Below, in pieces: positions 28,101 through 42,000 of a DNA stretch of 64,000 nucleotides. The DNA is taken from contig CM060732.1 of assembly GCA_030704615.1 (NCBI GenBank), positions 50,220,001 to 50,284,000 on the forward strand, read 5' to 3'. The notes below the pieces were generated by a model. That model saw only the letters and a program-made list of their open reading frames with translations. It made no database searches and was not told the origin of the DNA. Source of the DNA: Takakia lepidozioides. Its lineage: Eukaryota; Plantae; Bryophyta. How positions within the stretch are numbered: the stretch's first letter is position 1; each line of letters starts with the position of its first letter. The translations under genes and the position numbers were made by a program.

Positions 28101-28779
28101 TGGTGGTGTTGGCTGTTCCAGTTTCAGGTTGGTGACAAGGTCACAATGTTTGACCCCAATGCACCCAAACGGAAGGCAGGCGTGGGCCATATATTGGGCA
28201 TGTCGACTGACTGGCAGGCTTATGTCGTTCATGCCGATTATCATGTTGTCTCGGTTGAAGCAGTACATGGGGCAGATGTTGCTCTACCATACCCCAACAA
28301 TGATGTTAGGCTTCCCGTTGTGATGCTCAGTGACACTGTAGGCAGCACGGCCCTGTGGTCTGCCAAGTTCCTCAAACTGACCCGAACATGAGGTTGTGGG
28401 GGATCCTCAGTTTGAAGGCAATTTTGACTGAACGCCACTTCATATCGATTTCGCCTTTTCTTCGTGATTTTGCGCATCAATGTAGGATTTGGGTACATTG
28501 TGGGGTTGTGATCAGCAGTGCAGACTCTGCAATACTTGCATGTCCAGACTAAACTGTATTTGGGCAATGAAGGGCGTACCCAACTTTGAAGCACCCTTGC
28601 ATTTGGTCATTCTTTTTGTTGTTCTGGCCATGCTTAGTCAATTGTACATGTCATGAGCAGGTTGTTGCCGTGGTGCTTTGGAATTGTGTTTATGTATATG
28701 AGTCATATTTCACATGGACTGTCAAACTGACAGTGTGGACAATATCACGATTTGTGATATGATCATGATGCCTGTGGAT

Positions 28780-29642
28780 TAATTGTGCACACCATGACGT
28801 CACAAATATGTGAAATCAACCGCAGCTTGCGTGTGGCATCCTCCACATTTTTGTGGAATGACCTACAACATCAGCAGTAGAATATTTCACACCCACTATG
28901 GTATGCTCCACAGCTATGTGGAATGACCTACAGTATAGGCAGTAAAATACTACACACCCACTCCATGCAGATTACGCCACGTGCCGTCCTCTCCAAAATA
29001 CACGTGTTGCCCATACCGTTGCCCACATGTCGTCAAGCCCAGGTGACAGGGTGTCGCATCATTTTTCCGTAGGTGTGGACAAGTCCACACCCTTTGTACG
29101 TTTAGGATCCACGTGGCGGTGTTTGCCAAAGAACACGTGGCCTCCAAACTTTCTGAAGCTGTGAAAACAGCCAGTGGATGGTCTCACACCGAATGGCTTT
29201 TTTCACACCCACATGCCACGCCAGATGTCCGCTCCACATACGTGCACAACGCCTCTTCATGTCCATACACGTGTCATCCTCACAAAAATACACGTGTTGC
29301 ACACACCGTTGCCCAGATGTCGTCAAACCCTGGTGACAGGCTGTCGCATGGTTTTCCCGTGGGTGTGGACAAGTCCACACCTTTGTACATCTAGGATCCA
29401 CGTTGCGGTGTTCGCCAAAGCACACGTCGCCCGTGGAAAAAGCCATGAACCCCGTGAAAAAGGCCACCCGTGGATTCAACCACCCGTGGACTTTTCCATA
29501 GGGCCACCCGAGAGCCAGGCCGTCCACGGGGTGTCTGAAAGCACTAGTTGTTTCTTACACCCACGGCAGGTGTGGACTGGGGCGGATTCCACGGCAAAAA
29601 GTGTGAAAAGAGCCGTGGAAAAAGCCGGTTTCTCTTCTAGTG
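28780..29642 (+). mobile_element. Right terminus of CACTA element 2
   Basis: CCACG(G/T)/CCGTGG subterminal repeats and a direct duplication (28995-29131 and 29285-29420) end in GGTTTCTCTTCTAGTG (reverse complement CACTAGAAGAGAAACC). Confidence 0.8.
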
Positions 29643-31039
29643 CAGGTAGTACTCCGAATGGGAATGAGACCAATGAAAATGTGGAAGTACACATGGCGGC
29701 AACTGTTACCTTCCCGTCCACCACAACACCGCAAACAACAGAGGAAGTTGAAGAGCCCGAGTCGCACGAGAAATGTGACAAAAAACATGGTAAGCGCTCC
29801 TGTGACGCGAGAACAGGCACTTCGGTCATCCCAAATGCAGATGGAAATGTCTCCAGTGGATCCATCGGAGATCATTTGCCATTGCAGGTCCATCTGAACC
29901 GACAGTCCACCCACGTCAATCGACTCTCATATCATGTCGGCGGACCATCAGCAACGCATCACCGTGGCCCCCATTCTGGTACGAGAATACAAAATCCCCC
30001 ACAAGCGGCGAAAAGGCAAAAAACTGTACAAAGTTTCATTGGTGATCGCAACACACGTGGGCCAGATACTATCGATGGAACTACTGAACGCGATGGGAAT
30101 AGGGCAATCCGGCAAATGAAGATCAAACGGGGTCGGATGCACCTAAGAATGCCTGATGCAACCACAACGGCCACTGAGGATGATGACAACACCGACCATG
30201 GCACTGGCGGCAAAGTGCAGGGGGGCTCGGACTTCACGCTGGTGGGGCCGACAAGATTGTCATCCCGTCGTAGAAATAGAAACAATTAGGAAGATGGACA
30301 TCTTCGTAGGCAAGAACTTGCAAGACGGTCCACGGTGAATGTGTCGCAGTCCACTAAACTATTGGAATACATGTAGCCCGGTTTGCTTTCGTATGAAATA
30401 TAAAATTGGTTCGGAACTGGCATTTATATAATTATGAAACTATGAATGTATGCAAAGTGGAATGTGCATGCACTATGATGTTCATATAAAATAATATCAA
30501 TAATGCCAAATGATGCTGGGTCAATGACGAACAAGATGGGATATACAACAACCGCGGTTGTCCAGCAGAGCAGACCGCGCAATATTCACATTCTGGCATG
30601 CAATGTATTGAGAACTATTCACTCTGAAATTGAGTATCCCTATGAAATATTCGTGTATGTCGGTGGACTTGATTAAAATTCCAAACCTGCAACTTGACAA
30701 CAACGGTGGACTTGTTAATAAGTTATAACTTACTCATCGACACTATGAAGTTCTACATCAAATCCCTATCAGGTCAATCAAAATTATTCTGGTTAACAGT
30801 TATTCAGCTCAACAAATATGACGTACAACCGTGGTCCATGCAAAATTCAAATTGAAAATTCCAGAATAATGAGAAAGAGTGCTTCAAATATAAAGGTCGT
30901 CCACAAGCATTGGGCGCCATAGTCAAATCACGAAAGACATGCCTCATGGGCAATGCTTCGAAATTCGGGCATGAAATGCTATGTTGAAATTTTACAAACC
31001 TATTAGAAGTTATAGGAATACTATTATCGACAAAAAGAT

Positions 31040-33602
31040 CTATTCATAGTTGTAATATGTAAGCGAGGCTATTCCGATAAATCTAGTCTCTTGTGTTTCA
31101 CTCCCTGAAGTTGTAGATGGCACAGCCGGACGTGGGGTTGATGACAACGCTGAGTGTGTAGAAGCGGCGTCCGGATGAATGGGCAAACGAGCTCGGGTCT
31201 GGTATCGAGTGTGAGGTGGTGGCCCGAGCCTAACACGTTCCTCGTCCACCCTTGCCATCATGCGGAGTGACTCCGGGGAGTATTGATTGCCACTATGCTG
31301 ACTATCATTTTGGAGGCGACGAGGCTGCGAGTTAACATTGTTGGCGACAGATTCAACGGCCTCCAAGGTAGCTACAAGGTCCTGGACATTTGGGAGATCA
31401 ATGGATTTCACACCCACTAACGCGCTTGCTAGACTCATTTGCCACGTTCTAACGACTTGCCTAATGGCCTTGGCATATTTGTTGATTTTCTTTTCATCCA
31501 CATCCTCATATGCGGGATTGCGACGCAGCCATCTCTCTTTGCGTTCCGTCATTGCGTCGTTCATTCGGATCCATGATTTGGCAACACGCTCAAGGCTATG
31601 CAGCAGCAGATGCCGGCCAATCGGATTACCATTGTATGAGGAAAGGTTCACTCCGTTTGGTGGGTTCTCGGGCAACCAAAAAAACCTCTCGCTTCTTATT
31701 CCCCAATGTCCTCCAAGGTTTCGACAAAACAACTCCCATTGATTTGGATCTTCTATGCAATGAGCACATTTTGTGATTTCCCGATTAGATGTCATCCAAA
31801 ACTCATTGATATCGAACGTTCGATCGGATATCATGCCATGCATCCTCGTATCGGCATTCCATGCCAACGTCTTCCCCTAGTGTTTGCCGTTCAGAAAATT
31901 GTGAGGTTCCTGGTCCAAAGAGATTGTCAATTGAACTCATACCATATGGGCATCACATCCTCCAACCCAAATAGCTCATAGTAACGTCGATGGATTGGCG
32001 CATGACATGACGGACATGTGTTGCTTATCAGAGCCGCCGACTTCAAACAAGTTACGTGAAACATATGTCCACAACTTCCTAACAAGTATGCACCCTCCGA
32101 ACCATATGGATTAAGGCAAACTGGACAACGCGAGCTATCTTCGATCCATGATGATATTGGAGGATGTGAGCACTCCATCCGCTTGTTGTCGAACAAGTGA
32201 GATGACATTTGTGTCTCACTAGTATCCCACTCCTCTTCCATTTCAAATTCCCACATTATGCTCTCATTGCCTCCACCAACTCTATGTTCACAACGGTCAA
32301 ACATGTCATGTAAATCACCCCACACCGTGAATGAGTCAAACTCGGATGTATGGGTGACAAGTGTGGCGGACACGTCTTGGCCTTCACGTTTTTTTCTTTC
32401 TTCATCCTTTTGTTTTTCTCGGTTAGTGGCAAATGTCTCATAGCGTTGCATGCTTGCATAAATGTTCTGCACAGCACGATCTGACATCCATGCAGCTTGT
32501 TGTAGTCGATATAGTGCATGTTCTTTCTGAACCTCTTCTGATGCCAAAGTTCTCGTCCACATGATCCACTCCGTCCACCTCTCTTCATGTGACACAAACC
32601 TTTTGAGGTCTACTACCCTGGCCAGCCGATTTGCAGTCGCCTTTGCAATATCACGTTCCTTAATGAGATTTTCCACAACAATTGTTGTGTCGGATTGAAT
32701 AGTTGTTCCCGAACACTCACCCCTCACCATCATAGGGTCATTGTCTTTTGTCCTCTGTTCACATTCAAGCCTTGCATCCTGTGCAACAGCAAATGACGCC
32801 GGGGCGGGCTAGGAATATCATAAGTTATTTGTGCAATGACATCGTCGACCAAATATTGATGACTGTCTCTCCAATTTCTCTATTTGATGCCTTTGCCTAT
32901 TCACCATGTCCTCCAACTCCGCGATACGTTGGTCTTTGGCTTGCAATTCGTTTTCCAATAAAGACTGCGCTGCAGTTGCTTCGGGTGCATTCAATACGGG
33001 TTGGGACGATGGCAGTGCTACTGTTGCTGCAAGTGCATTCAACTCGCGTTGGGGTGATGGTAGTGTTGCTGTTGCTGCAGCTGCATTCAACTGACTTTGG
33101 GGTTGGGGCTCATATGTGTCGGGGATGTCGCTAAGGGTGTACTGCTTCACTCCTTTTCGTTTTGTGGCTGTCTGCCAATTTACACGCCTATGCAAAACAA
33201 CCTCAACATACACCATGGCTGCCAATATATATGGTATGGAGTTTCGATACAACTTTGGTTGTCCCCACAATGTCTTGTATACATCTTCGGCCCTCTGGCA
33301 AAAATGTGCATTTGTGCGAGTTGGGGCGTCGTAGCAATTGTTCCGAGTGTGTATCTGATGCCTTGGCCTGGGCCACAAACGGTTTATGTGACATATTTTC
33401 ACGAATTCTTTACACCTCCCCATAGTCCACAGTTTGTCCTTCGGAATAGCATCCCATCCGTCGGCCGCTTGAATTTTTGGCCTATCGTAAACGTCCCAAT
33501 TGAGGTCCTGTTTCTTCCCTTTGGCACCTCTCTTCCCTGCGGAGCCTGGTTCGACTGCCTCCTCTTGGTGCCTACGCCGTTGCCCCCCCCCTCCTCCGTC
33601 AT
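31040..33602 (-). pseudogene. Transposon-associated gene with coiled-coil and RING-H2 finger, disrupted by stop/frameshifts
   Basis: Four consecutive - strand ORFs (33399-33602, 32818-33423, 31927-32733, 31040-31867). RING-H2 pattern CPVC-x14-CGHMFHVTC-x10-CPSC. Begins about 180 bp inside a Helitron-like 5' end. Confidence 0.65.
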
Positions 33603-33729
33603 TTTTATAACGTTCGTAATATTATATAGCCTTTACACAACTCTCATTTATTTCTATATGATGTAAAGGCCTAGTGTACTTGCTCCAGTCACCTCGTTTG
33701 ACCGAAACTCACCAAGATCTCCATGTCAT

Positions 33730-34095
33730 TGCCCACTTTGCTATTTTTGCAATCTCCCTTGTCGAGGCTTCATATATTGATGTATCCACTTTGCTATTTT
33801 TTGACAATTTCCACCAAAAGTACCTGAAATTCCAAATCTCCAACCTGAAGGGCCAATCATTGCTCTAGGAAAGCCCACTTTGCTATTTTTCACGAATTTC
33901 CAGCGACCCAAAGCACTTGAAATTCCACATCTCATACACCGCGGGTCTAAAAATCATGAGACCAAGCCGGTGCACCCCTCCTCATCGAGGCTTTCCAACG
34001 GCACCAGTACCGGGGCGGGGGCCCCGCGGTTTCGGAGATCTGAATGACGCTACAAACAAAACAAGACAAAACAAACGTCTCGATTCATATATTGA
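33730..34095 (-). mobile_element. Helitron-like 5' terminus, apparently doubled (ends at 34095 and 33780)
   Basis: 33867-34095 closely matches 7168-7407. TTCATATATTGAT (A|TC start on the - strand) occurs at both about 33780 and 34095. CCACTTTGCTATTTTT occurs three times. Confidence 0.65.
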
Positions 34096-36055
34096 TATCA
34101 CGCACTTGCATTGAAGAAGTTGGTAGTAAACTGAAGTCCACAATATTGGACCATAGTGTTGGAATGAAAAAACAGGGGAAATGGTTGCGTTTAAGTTTGG
34201 GCTACAAAGCTAGCATATCACCTAGAATTTGAATCACAATGGTTGAGAATCACAATGTACCTTCACAAGATCTGTTCACGAGCAGCAGAATGATCCATCC
34301 CTTCACCGACAAACACTAACACCTGTCACGCTTGGGTTTCTTCCTTCTACGAACAACATTTCCTTTTCTTTCTTTTTGTTCCCTCTCGTAAACATGTCCC
34401 ATACTCTTGGATGCAATGCAATGGCGTTATGCAACGTTGTGGGCCCCGCTACAAGGAAAAAACAAACTACGGGTCAAGGGGCGCCGCGAAACTCAAGGGG
34501 ACGTCTTTTTTGCGCCCATTGCAAAGGGCGATCTGGTGGGGACGCCCTTAGGGAATATTCGTTTTAGACTAGTAGCGCCTCGTTGAACGTGGGGGCAATT
34601 CCACTTAGGGTCGATTGGGAGTGCCCATGGGACCTGGCACTGAGGTCCAATATAACCAGCTGTCTACGTTTTAGAGCATCCCGGGGCAAAATGCAGCCTT
34701 GAGTCTGAAACACCCCCACCTCAATCCTTCTTGCAGGAAGCCGCCCGTTGTCATGATCTACAGAAACTAACGATCAAAGTTATTGTAGCCGTTCATTTCA
34801 AGCACTTGTTGGGTGGGATAGAAGAAATAAACTTGGTGTGAAATGTCCTTTGGAAAAATTGAAAAATCATTGATTTTAGCCATTTGCTTAATAGAAGCCA
34901 AATCACTTGCTATGTTAGCTCGTCGGTGGCCTCCAACCTAGCAAAACAATGGTGAAACTTAAATTTGAATGACAACCACTTGGCCGATTGTTGAAAAATG
35001 TCATACTAATTTTTGGCCACTGGAAATTACCACGAGTAGGTTGCACATTGGGTTCAAAATTCTTAATATGTAAGTCACTCCCAGGTGTTTCCCTTTTATA
35101 TATATTAATATAAGTCATTTCTCATGGTGGGTGGTGTCTCTAGTCTCTACCTACCATATTGCATAGAAACTTCAATAATATACTAAGGGTTTCCCAATAC
35201 CGCGGTTCTACCACTTTGATTCCAAAAAGCTTTTTAGACTTAGGCATAAATCTCGCAGGTTATTGATGACTATATTCATCTGATGAACTTCCAAGATTCG
35301 TAACAAAGTCATACCATATCCAAATCAAGGAAAGAAGAGGTGTCGATAGAAACCTAATTTTTGCGCGCAAAAAAAAGAATTAGAAACCCCTCCCCATTGC
35401 ATATCTATATATATATAGATGACACCAATAGAAGTTAGCGTAAATAAGGCCTCCTCCCCTTGGGGCTACTGGCCCCTCTAGTGGGTGGGCTCTATTCCCA
35501 TTGCATAATGTATAAAGAGAGTGTTGAGCAAACAATCTGTTCACTTATGAGGCACTCGATGGCACATCGGATTGTTTTTTTTGGTTTTTTTCGGCATGCA
35601 ATAGCCTAGGAAACAAAAAAAAAAAAAACCCCATCCACGATGGGGATTGGTCCCCTTTCAATTTAAATAAAAGTAATAAAAACAAACGGCTCCGCCAGTT
35701 CAAGAGGCTCTCTCCTTGCTCTTTCCTTGAGTTTGGGGTTGTTGTTTTATACTTTTTCCAGGGCTTCATGAATCATGCCCATCAACCCTCCATAGACTAG
35801 GCTTAATGGATAAGCCTAGTTCTCCCCGTAGGCAAGATGTCTCCACAATGCCTCTATCCCTTGTCAATAAATAAACTCATATGCTTCTCCCACTTGCAAT
35901 TGCCACTACCCACTATAGATTGTGGGACCGCTTGTTGGCTGATTTTATGTTCATGTTGGGGTGCTTATTTCTCTCCCAGGATGCCACCAGGAAGAGACGC
36001 AGAGACTACCGACAACAAAACCACAAACAAAGGAAAGAACGGTTCAATCATGTAC

Positions 36056-36161
36056 TATGGAATGGGCCACAACATGCCATTGTGGCGGGTAAGGTGGTGG
36101 CGAGCCGGAGGCGAGCTGCCGCCGAAACCGCCATAATGGCATGTTGCGGCCCATTCCATAA
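36056..36161. repeat. Inverted repeat / hairpin
   Basis: TATGGAATGGGCCACAACATGCCATTGTGGCGG pairs with CCGCCATAATGGCATGTTGCGGCCCATTCCATA (2 differences). Confidence 0.85.
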
Positions 36162-39058
36162 CGGAAAGGATTGTGTCTGCCGCCCTCTCATTGGCTTGCA
36201 AGTCGTAATCAAACACATTATGTTTCATAATGTGCCAGTGCAAATCGCATAATGTGCTAGTGGGATTAGGGTAAAACACCCTATGACCGTTATAGTGCCT
36301 ATGACCGGTCACCTCATAACGAGCTACCATTGCTGGGCCCAAGACTGCTCATTTTTGCCACTTGGCAAACAGTTGTTTGATAGAACCCCCCAAAAAACGT
36401 GATTGGTCATAGGGCCCAAGGTTCACACAAGCTTTCTGATTGGTTCAACTTTGAAACCCCACAACTTTGTGTGGACTTCATGAAGTCACGCACTTCCAAG
36501 TGTGTTGGGATGCCCTGGATGTGGGGCATCTTATCAATTTTATCCGGGGTAAAAATGACAAAAATTCACCGTTAGATCTTCCGCCATCGTTAGATGAATG
36601 GTCATAGGCCTGTCTACCCTAGGCGTAGAATTCTGCTTTTTAATCCTCCTCCAAATACGCCATACTAGGCAGGCAAAATCCTTTACGTTACACGAAGGTC
36701 GAATGTATTAATTGTGTTTGAAATTGGTCACTCCATCTTCATTTATTAAAGAAAGAAGAATATATTTAGAAAAAGTTACATTCTTCATTAAAAGCTAGTG
36801 TGGTGTGGTCAGGGGGATGTGCCCCCTATATAAGCCTTCATTGCTACTCAGGTGGTTATTTTTTCCAATGCAATTATGGGGCAGTTCTCCCCCTTCCTTC
36901 AAAAAATAAAATAAAATAACATAACATAAAAATACCAAAGAAATGTGACATGAAGTCACCGATGACTCCATACAGCTACCAGAGTGTGATCGGAGTGCAC
37001 ATTAAGTTTTAGAAACCCTCTATATGTTGGCCGTGCCACCCAAATTACTCTAATTCCTCGCATTTAGACCTAGGGGCTCCCAACTCGAACCTAGGCTTGA
37101 CTCCTGCTTTTTGTCCAATTATTTTCAAATAATAAAAAATATGTAGAAAGGACGCCAAAATAGTCCCACCTAGTACCATTCTTTACCACAGTTAAAATGA
37201 AAACCAGATGTACTATAGACGAATGACGATTTTCATCCGTTCACGGAATATCCAGGATCAAAAGGAGACCGGGACCTTACCTAGGAACCTACACGTGGCG
37301 TATCCGTATTCATAAATATACGGTATGGGGTCTGTACCTACCCTTGACCTAAGTTTGTCGTGGACCCCGTTTTGAGGTGAGCGATTAGTGAGCTTGTTAG
37401 TAAAGATGCCACGACAAGACTGCTGCCCGTCCTCGACGGTAAGCGGATTAGTAAATACATCAGCGAGTCATTAAGTGAACCGTATCTGGTCCGTGGATCT
37501 GATCGCCAATACGGGAAATCCAATTTCGTAACGGAACTGTTCTCGTTAGGCGCTCGTTTCCAAACATTCTCTGTTATTCTGCCTGACAAATTCACTCGAT
37601 TAATGCCCCAGGTTATTACTTGTTTTTTCCTTGGTCAGCCTCCACATAATCATAATAAATTCCAGGACCTCTGTCCCCTGTTTTCTAAATTTAAAAAATC
37701 CCTTATGAGAATAAAATAAAATAATAGATTTTGTCATAAAGAGAAAAAGGGAAAAAAGTGCAAAAGAGGAAAGCAGATGTATAATAAAAGCTGGAAATGA
37801 TAGGCAGGCTATATTGGGCATCAACAAAATTTTACCCATCTTAAGTTTACCCTTTTTCCCGTCTTTTTGTTTTTTTTAATAGTGAAAAGGAGATGAAGGC
37901 CCTTGTTAGATTTATTGACAATTATTGAATGGCATCTTTTTAATATTCGAAAATAGTAATAAACTGACAAAATATTTGGGACGATCTGCTTTGGTACCAC
38001 GTTGTCGCCACCACATTGGTCGAGGGATGCTTAACTGTTGACCTGTTTTAGCAATGGCCTTATTATATTATATCTGTTTCAACGAATATATTCAAAAACT
38101 AAACCATATTTGTAATTTTCGCAAAAGGTTAATTGAAGGACAGTGAGAAGAAGTAAGTTAAAAGGATATCACGTCGGAGGGATCTTTCGGACCACAGTCG
38201 ACGTCGGTAGTTGACCGCCGGCGGCGTGCACTTTTGGGCGCATGTCCACGTCACGTACAGGGCGGGTTGCGGGGACCGACGATAGCCGGTGGAAGGTGAC
38301 CGGGAGATGTTTGCAGATGCGATCTTGTGCGCAGAGTATCGTGCCTGCCATAAAGCGAGGGTCTGCGGCCTCGGATTCTGCCGCGTGGCACGATCGCGCC
38401 GGTTCCTGCCGCCCCGAGGCATGTTGCGTCGCGGGACGAGGCATTTGGAATAGTACGGGTGGCGAAACCTGTGGCGAAACGTCTGGCGACTGCAACCGTT
38501 TTCTTGTCCTCAGCTCTTTGGCTGCCCGGATGTGTTTCGTCCGAGGTTCAACGGGTTTACATCCAGGCGCGAGGGTTTGAGGGCGGCAGGGGATGGATGA
38601 AGATGGATGAGAGGGGATGAATAGGGATGAATGGGGGCATGGGAGCACGAGGCCCACAGCAGCGTCATGGTCGCAGAGGCGTCTCCATCGTCGTCGTCTC
38701 TCTCGCACACTCACACAGCACACGAGCGCGGGCATCAATCAGTGGGATCTTTGTGTGGAGGGCTTTTACTGTCCTTGATGTAGGAAGCTCTCGAGTCTGC
38801 CCATCATTTTGTTGCATATGGCTGTACGAGGTGGCTTTCTGCTATTGCGTACATTTTGTTGATCTTCTTCTTCCAAGTTCCTCTATAGAAATGCGCATGC
38901 TGGCATGCATTTTCGGGGGGAAATGCACTGAATCTTGTGTTAGCTGTAGCCGTGGCTATGGCGGCAGGCCCTGCTCCGCAGGGCCTGTACCCAACCTCAG
39001 CTGGCGAGGTCCTTGACACCAGACATTGTGACCATGCCCTCCGGGCGCTCTGTGCACC

Positions 39059-42000
39059 ATGGCAAGCGGAGACGTAGCTAGGGTTAGAATGGGAGTCGGG
39101 GACTTGGGGCCAGTCATGGCCAGCCTTCAGCAGCCATCGCAGCAGCAGCAGCGGCAGTGCACTGATGTTGCCAATAGTTCAAACATTCCAAGCCGAGGGG
39201 TGAGTTACGGCAAAATGGAGTCGGCCGCTGACGAGTTTCCGGCAGGCATGCGCGTACTCGTAGTGGATGACGATCCAATGTGTCTGGTGATTTTGGAGAG
39301 GATGCTGCGGCAGTGTGCCTACCAAGGTCTGCTTTTGCGGCACCTTCTAGCGATATTAGGTTTCTCAGATAGCGGGCAGAAGCATATGGAAAGGAAGGAA
39401 CCCCGATGGGTTTTTTTTTTTCTTGTTACAGTAGTTCGGGTAACCTTGGTGCGTTAATCCTCGAATGAGAATTTCTTGAGACTGTGAAATGCTTCACTGT
39501 AGTCATGTCGGTTAGTTCGAGTTCATCACATCTTTCCCGAATGCTGAAGATCAGTACTCTGCATGAAGGTGATGAGTGCGGTTGTGGTAGTTTACGTGGG
39601 TCTTCTAGCAGGAGGAGAGATCCAATGAGAGGCGGCCCTCTGGTTGTCAGCATGGAAGTAGATGTGGACCAGTTCTGTGCTAGGATGTCTGATATGAGCA
39701 GGTGGGAAGGTTGGAAGATTTTTAGCTATACCACTCACACTTATGTCGGTGCGTGTAGTCACCACGTGCGGGAAGGCAACAAAAGCGTTGGAGCTGCTCA
39801 GGGAAGACAAAGACAGGTTCGATCTGGTAATCAGTGATGTCTACATGCCGGACATGGATGGCTTCAAGCTTCTCGAGCTTGTTGGTCTCGAGATGGACCT
39901 TCCCGTTATCAGTATGTCTTTTCACCCCCTCTTTTCTTTGTTTTCCAGAGGATGTGCCCCACCTTGAGTGCTTCGGAGGACCCTGATATCATTTCTCAAG
40001 AGTACGAGCTATTTTCCTTAAGATAGCTTCTTAAGGATCGAATCCTGAGATGACGTGTGTCCCCAAATGATTCCAACTCTACAACTGTAGCGATGTAAGA
40101 GGCTGTAGTAGGGCGGGGCCTTTGAAATTTCCTGCTCTGAAGTGTCCAGTTAAATTGCAGTAATATGGTGGAGTATCGGTTGTCCAAGGAATTGTCTATT
40201 TGTTACTTGACACAGTTCATTCATGTTTCAGGGCTGAGTTGACCACTATGGTCATTCTTTGAACACTCCTACATTATAACTATCCCCTTATGCTGATGGT
40301 GAGTGGTTGGTCTTAAATTTGTTGGTTGATCAGTTCAATGGTTTGGGCTTTTCCACCTTTTGTGCTAATATTGCCCAATTGCCTCATTCTTTCTCTATTA
40401 ATGGAATCTCTCTCTGGTAGTACCTGTTTGGTACTAAAGCGTTTTTGGTTGTGCACACAAGGTGGGCAGAGAGGGAGTGGGAAATGATTTACCATCTTCG
40501 CAGCATGACTGAAATTCGGGCATGATGATGTCAGTGACAGTCGCCTGGAAAGAGTATTAACATGTGTTGTTGTCTGCAGTGATGTCAGCCAATGGGGAAA
40601 CAAGTGCTGTGATGAAGGGGATTACTCATGGTGCATGTGACTACCTGCTGAAGCCTGTAAGACTAGAGGAGCTGAGGAATATATGGCAGCACGTGGTACG
40701 GAAGAAACGGAATGAGTCAAAGGATGCAGATTATTCAAACAGTATTGATGAGAATGAGAGACATAGACGTGGTGGAGGAGAGGATACAGACTACATGTCA
40801 TCAGCCAATGATACCACTGACGGTAACTGGAAGCTTTCAAAGAAACGAAAGGAGGCAAAGGATGATGAGGAGGATAATGAGCAGGATAATGATGACCCTT
40901 CTACGTTGAAAAAGCCACGTGTTGTATGGTCGGTGGAACTTCATCAGCAATTTGTCGGTGCAGTGAACCAATTAGGAATAGACAGTAAGATCTCTTTCAG
41001 CCAAAAACTCTTGGCAGACTAGTATGCCAGACTAGGTGGTGGTTTTATTTCATTTGAGCCCCAAGCACTGTCAAGGGAAACTTCACGATAGGCTGTGCCA
41101 GTGAGCCTATTTTGCAACGTATGTGTGCACAGTTTTTGCCAGATGTTGTTTTTGGAGCTGCACCTTTTCGTGTATGTCTAGGACTGGCGGCCAAAGTTGA
41201 TGGTTCTTTTATATGGTGCAGAGGCTGTACCAAAGCGAATCTTGGAAATAATGAACCGGCAAGGTCTGACACGTGAAAATGTTGCCAGCCATTTGCAGGT
41301 ACTGAATCCTTATCCTCGTTCTAGTACATGCCTCTAAGTCTAAGGGTGTCTGATTGGTTAGGCGGCTTTTAGTTGAGTGATCTGGTGTGGTGGCAGTCGC
41401 TTTTGCAATCAATTTTTTGGCAAATGACTCCAAATGGCAGTAGGAGGTAAATTACTCTTCTAATTTGCATGGGCTGTTTGTATGTGTAGAAATATCGCTT
41501 ATACTTGAGGAGACTCAGTGGGGTCGCAAGTCAGCAGAACAATATGAATGGATCCTTTGCAGGTCCAGACACATCATTTGGCAGTCTGGCAGCCCTTGAT
41601 AGCATGAGTGATTTTCGGACACTGGCTGCAAGTGGGCAGCTGTCATCTCAAACACTGGCAGCCTTGCAGGCAGGAGCATTAGGTAGGATAGGAACCTCCA
41701 ATGGGTTAGGATCGTCTGGCAGCTTGGATCCCTCAATGTTGCTCCAACTTGCAGCCTTACAAGGTGGGAGTGTTGGACCATTGCCAAGACCACGGATGAA
41801 CCCACCATTGCTAAACAATCAACTCCATGCCATGTCAGGAGGTATTGATGTAGACCATCTTGCTCAATCCCATCACCTATCTGCAATAGGGCAGCTATGC
41901 ACGCCCATGGATGATGTGACAGGCCTCTCTACTATCCAACACCAGCTGGCTGCCAATGGTGGGCTTGGGGGCATGGGTGCATTGTCAGGCCTTAATGGAG

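Larger units (their letters stand above)
21018..28391 (+). pseudogene. CACTA second (TnpA-like) gene, multi-exon, interrupted by a LINE
   Basis: Exons: YEEERERRIAANKETLSQLNI (21018-21317); an acidic exon (about 21490-21858); a Pro-rich exon; WAELVRHWNTPEWQKSRDNGKHAR...SRSGRSGL (Transposase_24/Ptta-like, 26640-26820); and a last exon VVSVEAV..DVALPYP...LSDTVGSTALW (TNP1-like C-terminus). Stops and frameshifts are present. The exons on either side of the LINE may not come from one copy. Confidence 0.65.

Noticed and set aside
29174-30289. 371-aa ORF
   Set aside because: It is a chance read-through from CACTA subterminal repeats across the TIR at 29642 into an unrelated ORF remnant.
12077-34942. 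Similar inverted GCTAGG..TTGG.GGCC.CC motifs at about 12077 and 34921 as TIRs of a giant element
   Set aside because: The motif is short and largely palindromic, so the match is partly trivial; no TSD or extended homology.
38129-39016. ORFs upstream of the response regulator
   Set aside because: GC-rich promoter/5' UTR sequence with no recognisable protein features.
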